64,000 nucleotides of DNA from Selaginella moellendorffii (taxonomy: Eukaryota > Plantae > Lycopodiophyta), in contig NW_003314272.1 in assembly GCF_000143415.4 (NCBI RefSeq), forward strand, positions 2,133,728 to 2,197,727. Direction: 5' to 3'. The translations under genes and the position numbers were made by a program. Position 1 is the stretch's first letter. Each line of letters begins with the position of its first letter. Under the pieces are notes generated by a model. It was not told the DNA's origin and did not search any database. It saw only the letters and a list, made by a program, of their open reading frames with translations. Shown piece after piece: positions 11,136 through 20,449 of the stretch.

Positions 11136-14100
11136 TGTTGCCCTCTTCTTATGCATTTATAATTTATAATGAGTTTTTTCTTATTTTCAGAATGGAAGCA
11201 ACTACAAAAGGAGAGGGATGTTGGATCAAAGAGAAGACATGAGGAAAATGAGATCCAGGACAACAATCAAGTTGACCTTCAGATAGAGATTTCCACAGCG
11301 ACAACTCTATTGTCTTCCCAACCAAATAGCTCCAGTTCACATCCACTCCCACCACCGCCATCGATGCCACCACCACCATTACCACCGCCACCACCTTCAC
11401 CACCATTACCACCACCGCCACCTTTACCTTCATCACCACCATTACCACCACCGTCATCACCACCATTACCACCACCGCCATCACCACCATTACCACCACC
11501 ACTGTCATCACCACCATTACCATCACCACCGCCACCATCATCACCACCACCAGCACAACCATTGTCATCACTACCATTGCTGCCACAACCACAAATGCCA
11601 CTACTCTTAACATATTCACAAAATATGGCAGAAACAGAGCAGTGCCCAAGTGCGCTTGATGGCGGTGTTGGGCCCGAGTCAGGGGCTAGATCTGATAATA
11701 GTGCTACTGGAGGTGTAGCTGAAGCTGAAAGAGAAGTGGAGCTACCTAAACACATTGTCAACAAGCGCTTCCAAGAGACAGTTTTGAGAACTAAAGAGAA
11801 GGCCATTCACACGACTCTAGAGTCTCTCAAGTGGGAAGGCCTGGGGCACATGATCCGAGAAATCCCACTATGTCGATTCACTCAGACAAGCATCGTTTGG
11901 TCTGCTTCACCACACTTCGTCAACATGGACATCTATAGTCTGTACAAACAGAATGGACTTGGGACAAACATAGGTATGTTCCTTGTTTCGGTCTTCAAGC
12001 CAGGAATGACAAATACCCTCTCGGTGTCACCGGAAATTGAGAGGGATTGGGATGACATTTGGAAAATGAAGTTCGGCAAATTTGACATCAAGCTTATGAG
12101 CCATCCTGAGACTCAACAATTTGTGGGGAAAATGTTCTACATTATCGACGGGAATCATTGCTGGTGCACATGGATGAAGTGCATCTGAGAATGCTTCCGA
12201 GACGATCTTGTCTATCACATCAATGTTCTGGTTGGACATGTACACGCGAGAGGATCTCTAGATGTGGCAAGGCTTGTGATAGCTTGCCACAAAATTAATG
12301 CGTAAGTACCTCTCCCTCTTCAATCACTTTTAACAATTTGTGTTTTGCAGGCTGGGACAGTTTGTAATGCAGAAACAAAGCCTAGTACATGATATCGAGC
12401 AGATCCAGTTTCTTGCCAATCTCGACGAGGATGCAGTCCACAGCCACTATGGTGATGATTTAGCATCACTTATTTGACATCAACGAGGTCGTCAGGATGC
12501 CAATAGATGGTACAAGAATCCAATGGCTTTTATGACAGCTGTGTGGAGTAAGATATGTTCTTTCAAGTATACTTCTTATCATAGAATGTTTGTGTTTTCT
12601 TCAGCCATTGGTGAAGGTTAAGCAAAATGCATATGCACAGTCGCATCGAGTTGAAAATGATCAAGAACTCTCAGAGCATTTAGCTGCAATTGACAAGAAA
12701 ATCAACAACACAAAAAAGACAAAGGTAAAGAAATTACTTAGTGTGGCTGACCCTCGACACCCAAAGGAGTGGTTCAATATTATAACAGAGATTGCTTGTC
12801 ATGAAAGTAAGTATTGTTTGTGTTTACATAAAAGTTCTCACAAAAGTTATTTTTTAGTGGGCAAGACTCCAGATGAGATTATTTACAACATCTCAAAGTC
12901 AAAGCTTACATATGAGGAACAGATACACATTCTGAACGACCTCAATAGCAGACTCAAGGAAGGAGAAAAAGGTCAGTATGATGGAGACTATGATGAGGAG
13001 GATCGTCTACATTTCACAAACTGTATATGAAGGGGAGATGTTTCTAGCGCCTTTCATAGGGGATGATCCTGAGCAACTTCCATTTAAGGACATCGTCACC
13101 ATTAAGCTTACAAAACTCAGAGAGGATTAGCTGCCAAAGAAGGCCACAAGCACGACTCCATTTGATAAACAACTTGGCCAACCTTACTTCATGTGTCGAG
13201 CGGCTTTCAGGTAACATACAATTTCTCAACTATACTCAATTGTTTATATTCTATTATATGGTGTGAGAGATGGAGGCATGTACCCGACAACAATGAAGTT
13301 TCCAGCAGCAATAAAGCATGCTTGTCCTTGGGAATTGGAGATGCCAGATTATGAACCAACCCACCATGAGGCTGCAAGAGGCAACAATGATGACGAAGAT
13401 GATAACCATGAGAATGTTGACCCTGTTGGTGCCAATGGCGAGCAGAGTGAAGATAGCGGTGAGAATGAGATTCTTCAAGACGAAGTCAAGCAAGAGAACC
13501 AGAACGTCCAAGAAGTTCTACCTCAACGAAAGCATGCAAATCCACATCTGGAGGAATTAGTCAACAGTGATGATGATCGTCCAAGACGTCCTTGTAACCA
13601 AGGAACTTCTCGAGGTATATTTCTTTTAATTCTCTCCTTTTCTTAGTTCCTCAAAATGGTTGCAGCAAAAACTATCAGGAGTAACTTCATTCCAGCTCGT
13701 CTTGATGCTCGAGAAGAGGACTTGGAGGAACTTATATCTACCACACACCACATGACGGTATGTAAATTTTTCTTAAGTTCACATTTTATTTTTGTCCTCT
13801 CCCCCTAGATGCGCCCTGTATCTCCAATGGCATTCCGTGGTGAAGTTAGGATCTTTATTGGCTCCTATAGTTCATTGATGGCATCTTTTGAGGAGGATGT
13901 TGAGAATATGGCTATCCGGCAAAAGTGGGAGCGCTTTTGTCAGAAGATCCATAGGTGACCGCTCAAGAGCACAAACTTCATGCTCTTTGACATGCCAGAT
14001 GGTCTTCCAAACGCTAATGGTGATGTCCCAAGCTGGAACAACCTGACTAAAGACCACTTGAAGAATGCATTCCTTTTGGCAGCAATTCTCCTTCACACAA

Positions 14101-14571
14101 CCGGTCAAGTTGCCTTCATTCTCCCGAATGACCCCCATTGGATGTCCTACGTTATGAGGTATGCAAGTTGAGTCAACTTCAAGAGGTTCTCTTCCGGGTG
14201 CATCATGGATAGTGTTGGGGTCGAGACCAAAGGTGTCCTAGGCATGCCAGAGAAGGTAAAAAATCATCTTCTATTTTGGTTATCTCTAAAGTTTTATTAT
14301 CCAGGTTATGATGTGGACCTACCATGTGTTCTGCAGAAGAGAAAATGACGGTTTTTGTGATAGTGAGCGTGCTGCAAGGGTTTTGCCAGAGTATGATAGC
14401 TTTACTGACATCATACCAAATCTCATAGACGACGACATCTGCAACACATTGTCTGGGTATCAGTTCTGATCTCCATCGGCAATGCATGTCCTACTTGAGC
14501 TTTATTTCCCAACTAGGGGTGTTGTCATCGATTGCACAGTAGGTAGTGGTTCGATGGTCGAAGCAACACGG

Positions 14572-16378
14572 TGTAAGCGACTAAATTTTCCATTCTACTG
14601 TAGTCACTTAACCACACCTCCGACCACTTGGAGGAGTCTCATTCACAACCTCCATTAGTCCAATTTAGGACTTGGGACTTGCTAGCCCCAAGAATGGCAT
14701 CCATGCCACTCAACACTTGCACTTGGTCCAAGTGCTTCACGTGTCCGGTCCCAAGACCGACGCCCAAAGGTACCACTGACATCTCGGCCCGTTATGCTAA
14801 GGCCATGCCCATTCACCCTTGCTGCACTAGTGGTCCAATACCACTTGCATCACAATCCCGTCTCTCCAAGACTGGGCCATCTGTCCACGAGTGGTCATCC
14901 TAGATCCACTCCTTAGCATCCTTAGGGTGTCCACAGACCTGGGGAATTGCCTTCCCCAAAGTCCCTTTGTCAGTTCCTACCAAGTCCTTTTCTGCCCCTG
15001 GCCGTGTTTGCTAACACTGCCACTGGATCGAGGCCCACGGGCCCGACCACTAAGTCCTACGGTCCTCTGGGACTTCCTCACCACACGACTGTGTCCTTGG
15101 TCACTACCCCAGAGGACTGCTCCTCTTCCTTTCCACAGTCTGGGCCTTTGGGACAACATTTCGGAACACCGTGGCCTTACGCGAGCCACCTGTGTACTCT
15201 CCCCGCCTTTCGCCTTTAGGTGCTCTAGCCATGGGCTTAGAGCAAGGTTCCGTTGAGCCACGCCTGGTATCCAAGAAGGTAGTGCCACCCACACTTGGAT
15301 TGGGAGCATCGGCCAGTCGATCTCCCGGGGGAACTAGAGCCGGCTCTTGAACACTTCACCAAGCTACCCCGCTTGTCGGTCCGTATTCACTCTAGTCTTG
15401 GACTCCCCAGTGGTCAGTTCATCACACAACACTGGGTCTGGCCTTCCTGGGCCAAACTGGCCTTTCCTGGCCAAACTGGCTCCACTGCAGTCCTCCCCCT
15501 TACTATACTTTTGGAGCTCACCAAACCCCCTAGGGTCTGGGAGACGAACGCTTTGGGCTTTCACCCTCTCAGACTCGAACTCGGACTCAGACTCGGACTC
15601 AGACTCGGACTCGGACTCGGACTCAGCCTTGGCCTCGGTCTCGGTCTCGGTCCCGGTCTTGGTCCCGGTCTCGGTCTCGGTCCCGGTCTCGGTCCCGGTC
15701 TCGGTCTCGACCTCAGACTCCATCTCGGGTCCTTCTTGGACTCCATCTCGGACTCCATCTCGGTCCATCTCGGACTCCATCTCGGACTCCATCTCGGACT
15801 CCGTCTCGGTCCATCTCGGACTCCGTCTCGGTCCATCTCGGACTCCGTCTCGGTCCACCTCGGACTCCACCTCGGACTCCATCTCGGGTCCATCTCGGAC
15901 TCCATCTCGGACTCCATCTCGGGTCCATCTCGGACTCCGTCTCGGTCCACCTCGGACTCCATCTCGGACTCCATCTCGGGTCCATTTCGGACTCCATCTC
16001 GGACTCCATATCGGACTCCACTTCGGGTCCATCTCGGACTCCATATCGGACTCCATCTCGGACTCCACTTCGGACTCCATATCGGACTCCACTTCGGGTC
16101 CATCTCGGACTCCAACTAGGGTCCGTCTCGGACTCCATCTCGGACACTTCCACGTGTCATGTGTTGGTCCTTTTTGGGTCCCTTTTTGGAGCCTCGCTTA
16201 TTGCTCGCTTCGTGCTTGTTCCTCGAGCACTTTGTTGGGAGTTCCACTCCCACTCTCGACCTTTCAAGTCGGAGCTTTTAGTCCAAACGTGTTACACTCG
16301 TTTGGCTTTCACTTCAGCCACTACCACGTGGCACCATTTCCAGCTCCACTTTGGGGCCCAGGGATTTTGTGTCTCACA
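14572..16378. mobile_element. Solo LTR (family L1), 1807 bp
   Basis: TGTAAGCG...TCTCACA with 5-bp TSD CACGG. Very similar to 54853-56612. Confidence 0.95.
15573..16146. repeat. GACTCG / GACTCCATCTCG mini-satellite inside the L1 LTR
   Basis: 6-mer and 12-mer arrays, also at 55853-56380 and inverted and decayed at 22780-23340. Confidence 0.9.
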
Positions 16379-16880
16379 CACGGGACTCTGGTAGATTGGT
16401 GTTTGTGATTGAAGAATATGAGTTCTCCAAATGCCGTCTTCGAGGTTTTCGTCCTTCTCTATCAGTTTCTTCTAGGAGGTAATTTATGATGTTTTAAAAA
16501 CTTATAAATAATATATATTTAGTTTTCTAGAAGTCTTCCTAGGTATGCATGGCACATCATATGCAATGTGTAAATTGAGGAGTGGTATGAAAAATCTATT
16601 TATTAATGATACATTAAAAGACAATTGAATGCATCCACTTGCAATAAGAAAGATGTGTCACATATCAATGTGATAATGATTGTGACACTAATAGTTTCAG
16701 TGCAGCAGATAGCGACAGTGATAGTGTTAGTGACAGAGACAATGTCAGTGTCAGAGATGACAAAGTTACAGTGTCAGTCTATCAAATTTCATAATTACTA
16801 GTATTATCAGTTTATTATCTATAGGTAATACAATTTTGTTAATACAAAAAAGGCGAGAGGCGGGGGGGGGATGAATAATA

Positions 16881-17462
16881 TCACAATGTAAGAATTATTA
16901 GTGGCTGGAATTTTTTGTAGGATGGCCTAAAAATACCATATTCAGCACTTGTGGATGTAGGATTTACTAACGAAATATTGTTCCTTACCATGAAATGATA
17001 ATGATTGTGTGTTCTTAACTCTTTCTTGATTTTCTTATACATCCATTTATGCACACCTTCCGCACCAGTTCTTGGGCAGTTGTGACAATGTTCTAGAAAA
17101 GTTTCTAGACCCATACAGCCTTCTGTTTTATCTAAATAAAAGTAGCAGATGGGACACTAGAGATAATATGTGTTCATTCTTTCAAAAGTTTCAACCATAT
17201 CGGGAGCAAGATCTTGAAGAAACATCTAGCATCGCTCTTGAAGCACATGAGGCAATTCATCTTTAGTAGCAACATCTAGAACATTATCTGGAAGAAGGAT
17301 CTCTTGTTCAGTCACACTTGGGGCTACAAAAGAAAAAGCCTCACAACGATTGATGTATGGAGGGAAGGGTGGAATGTTGGTAGAAGTTGGAGATGGAGGT
17401 GGAGACTCATATGAAATGCATGGGGGTTAAGTGCAAGTAGCAATAGCATTTTCCCTAACCAT
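16881..17462 (-). pseudogene. Small Cys/His-rich protein, paralog 1 (frameshifted)
   Basis: C-terminus MGLETFLEHCHNCPR...WMYKKIKKELRTHNHY is clearly paralogous to ORF 17721-18287. The upstream DNA also aligns (YESPPP). Confidence 0.6.
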
Positions 17463-17720
17463 TCCTACACTCTAAACAAACTGAAATTTCAATGTTGAAA
17501 GCATCCCTTGTTGGTATTTATACCAAGAAAAGATCTAGGGGTTCTTGAAAGTTTAAATTGTCAGTCTCAAAAATGGGACTTCAGAACTATAACAGTGTCA
17601 GAACCACTTGTATATATAATAATATCTTTATACATGCTAGAATAATATCATTCTCGAAAATATAAGATTCTTCACTTTACTCATAAAGAATTAAACTTTT
17701 GAAAAAACTATGCATGACTT

Positions 17721-18275
17721 TCACATTACATTAAAGGGTGGCCTAAATATCCCATATTCAACACTTACTAATGTAGTGTTCACTAATGGAATATTGTTCT
17801 CCACCATGAAATCATAATAACTGTGTGTTTTTAATTCTTTCTTGATTTTCTTATACATCCACGTGTGCACACCTTCCAAATCTGCTCTTGGGCATTTGCG
17901 ACAATGCTCAATAAAATTTACCAAACCCATGCAACCATCTATCTTGTTTAAATAAAAGTTGCATATAGGACAATGAAGATAATATGTATCTACATTAAGC
18001 TCCCCTGCCATATCTAGAGCAAGATCTTGAAGAAAATATTGATATTGCTCTTGAAGCATTGGAGGCAATCCAACTTTTTTAACAACATCATAAAGAAGGA
18101 ATTCTTGTTCAGTTGCACTCGAGGTTGCAAATGGAAGAGCCTCACAATAGCCCTTAAAATGAAAAGGAGGATTATTGCGTAGAGGTGAAGGTGGATTATT
18201 GGTTGAGATTGGAAATGGAGGTGGAGACTCATATGAGAGGCCTTCGGGACCAAAAATAAACTTCTTCCTAACCAT
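17721..18275 (-). CDS. Small uncharacterised Cys/His-rich (putative zinc-binding) protein carried by the MULE-like element
   Basis: Intact ~184-aa ORF from the ATG at 18275, with HCPIC-x17-EHCRKC and KKELKTHSYY. Its paralogs conserve the protein sequence. Confidence 0.6.
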   Translation of the reverse strand: MVRKKFIFGPEGLSYESPPPFPISTNNPPSPLRNNPPFHFKGYCEALPFATSSATEQEFLLYDVVKKVGLPPMLQEQYQYFLQDLALDMAGELNVDTYYLHCPICNFYLNKIDGCMGLVNFIEHCRKCPRADLEGVHTWMYKKIKKELKTHSYYDFMVENNIPLVNTTLVSVEYGIFRPPFNVM

Positions 18276-18708
18276 TGCAACACACAAGAAGAATTAAACT
18301 TCCTAGCAATAAGAATTCTCTCATTAATATACTATATTTTAATCTTGGGAATGATGTTTTATTATGACATGACACTATATTGAATGATAATTGTCAGTCT
18401 TAGTAATTACAACCTACTATGAGAGACAAGTGGCTATAGGGTTTCAGAAGCTAAAAACTAGCATATAATTAATATGTAGCCTTATTTTATATAGTTGGCC
18501 TGCCATATATAATAATAGTGAATATACACAGGCACACGAGTATGCCTTTTTGCAAGATTACCTTTCAATCCCAAAATCATATATAGATTTAATTCTTTAA
18601 TTTGTCCACATCATATATCCTACAGAGATGCACAGGAGGCCAGCATAAAAAGGTAAGGCAGTTAAATTTATTGGTACCGTCTCCAAGCAGAAGCAAGGTA
18701 AAATAAAC

Positions 18709-19002
18709 TTGGCTCAAACACTTGAGTGTGAGATTCTCTCCACAAAGTACATCACTGCGCTTGCAAAGGAGTACACAGTCAAAACAGAAGGTGGAGAGTA
18801 CACAATTGCCATTCACGACTTTCCTTTTTGCACATGTCTAGACTTTACGAAGCGCAAGGAACATGGGAAGGCATATGCTCCTTGCAAGCATATGTACTAC
18901 ATCATCATCAACATCTTGCACCAGGATCCTAAAGTGGATATTCATATACACCAAGTAAACTTTACTATTGCTGAGTTGCAAAAAACTTTTGGAGCTAACT
19001 AG
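18709..19002 (+). pseudogene. Transposase 3' fragment (SWIM zinc finger) inside the right inverted-repeat arm
   Basis: FCTCLDF...PCKHMYYII; inverted copy of 6615-6925. Confidence 0.8.
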
Positions 19003-19093
19003 ATTTCTCCAACACTATCGATGTTTATTCTCTATCAATAAAACTTATTATACTTTATATAATTAATAAAAATGTGCTTTTTCATTTCACATT

Positions 19094-19378
19094 TCATTTT
19101 ATATGCTTCTGAGTGTTCTTTTTGCAATACTGCCCATAGTACTTGTGTGTTTCCATTTCTGTCTTTACCATCTCAAAAAAGATTTCATAGTAGACTTTCA
19201 GATGCGTGATATTGCAGTGTGTTGCAAGAGCATATATACCATCATACTCATCATTGCCATTGTTTCCACTAGATGCTAGAAAACATATGAGGCACTTTTT
19301 GAAAGTGGCAGAATTGCACTTTTCTAAAACAAGTAAAAGGGCATTCTTTTTCACCCAATTTGTTGCACCCTCTGTCAT
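19094..19378 (-). CDS. Small Cys/His protein, distant paralog, convergent with the transposase 3' end
   Basis: KKCLIC...ALATHCNITHL...MVKTEMETHKYY parallels HCPIC...FIEHCRKC...IKKELKTHSYY. A partial inverted copy lies at about 6370-6520. Confidence 0.45.
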   Translation of the reverse strand: MTEGATNWVKKNALLLVLEKCNSATFKKCLICFLASSGNNGNDEYDGIYALATHCNITHLKVYYEIFFEMVKTEMETHKYYGQYCKKNTQKHIK

Positions 19379-20449
19379 TGTATTTATCTCTAACTCATAA
19401 TCACTATCCTCACTATCCTGTTTTTCATTCTCTTGTGTGGTTTGGTTATGCTATGCAATGGGATAGTTATTGCATCTCCTAGCCCTTAAACCCTGGGAAG
19501 AAAGATTGTGAGAGTTAAAATTACCAACACTAGAACCTATAGACATTTGTGTGTATTTCCCTTTTTTCAAATGAGAGTGTGAATGAAGATTTCTAAATTC
19601 TAGATAGTATGCTATGACAAACCCCTCAAGAATGTATTCTAAAAAGAACCAAGTCTTTCTTTTATATGCAATAAGCTTACATCAATGGTTTTTTTTTTTC
19701 CTTTCAAACGGTTATATGGCTTTATATAGAATCTTATTTCAAATTTAATAATTTTTTAATTCTAACAAACCTGACATTTACTAGCTAGAAAGCATAGAGT
19801 ACAAATTTAAAGAAGTGATAAGAATACTCTTTTTGCAAATATTTTATTTTATGTTCTAACAAATATCCTATCATTGGATATAGTAAATATTTTAATTATT
19901 AGAACAAGAAGTGTTCTTTAGAACATTTTTATATATATAATATATAAAGAGTTATTAAATTATTAGGTTCGCCATAACCTTAAAATTTTTAATTTTATAA
20001 TGTTTGTACTAAATTACAATTAAAAATTGAGCTCAACTCTTCAATTCGTGAGCTCAAGTATGGTCCGCACCTTGTAGAAGCAATGGCACAAGCTCATATA
20101 CAACAAGAGCCCACAGTTAAAGAGCATAATACTATACAGACTCCTCCTTTTATGGATGTGGATCCCAAGGAAGACTAAGTTTTGGTTTTTTTTTAGTTGA
20201 ATTTTTTAGTGGTAATATAGAGTTTCTTCTTTGACTTATGATATTTATTTTCTTATTAAACTTATATTATTTAGCTTTTTCTTGGACTAAAAATATGTCT
20301 TAAGTTTTGAATAGAATTGTTGGTTCGTCCCAAACCAGCCATTTAAACAACAACTTTTGTATTTGGTGGACTATATTGACTTTCATTGACTTTCATTGAC
20401 TTGAGCTCATCTTGTAAGCTCAACTCAAAAACTACCCAACCCTAAATCT

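Larger units (their letters stand above)
11191..16573 (+). pseudogene. Accessory gene B: poly-Pro + ParB/Srx-like domain + acidic linker + degenerate beta-class N4C/N6A methyltransferase fold (split by a solo LTR)
   Basis: VGKMFYIIDGNHCWCTW (~12123-12175). FMLFDMPDGL (motif IV-like, 13977-14006) followed by LLHTTGQVAFIL. YQF*SPSAMHVLLELYFPTRGVVIDCTVGSGSMVEATR (14458-14571) resumes after the LTR as DSGRLVFVIEE (16384+). Many ~50-nt GT-AG introns. Confidence 0.75.
5973..20070. mobile_element. MULE-like element copy B, bounded by long inverted repeats; contains a TRIM and a solo LTR
   Basis: 5973-6925 is the reverse complement of 18690-20070, except for about 460 bp missing from the left arm. 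Ends read G(C/T)G(C/T)GGACCATACTTGAGCT. No clear TSD; exact termini uncertain by a few bp. Confidence 0.6.

Noticed and set aside
10504-11266. Six overlapping ORFs in the GC-rich stretch (likewise 1952-2434 and 27476-28460)
   Set aside because: Stop-poor repeat DNA lying between splice donor and acceptor, and not conserved between copies.
11279-11806. Poly-Pro ORF read as formin/extensin, and its Gly- or Val-rich antisense ORFs
   Set aside because: The Pro tract is a linker of the transposon accessory gene, present in all three copies. There is no FH2 domain or signal peptide, and the antisense ORFs are shadows.
15295-16408. Long SD/GL/RT-repeat ORFs (also 55576-56770 and 23150-23536) resembling Sdr adhesins or collagen-like proteins
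   Set aside because: They are by-products of 6-bp and 12-bp tandem repeats inside LTRs, open in several frames on both strands.
11191-16573. Bacterial or phage contamination as the source of the ParB/MTase motifs
   Set aside because: The genes have many spliceosomal introns and plant LTR insertions with TSDs.
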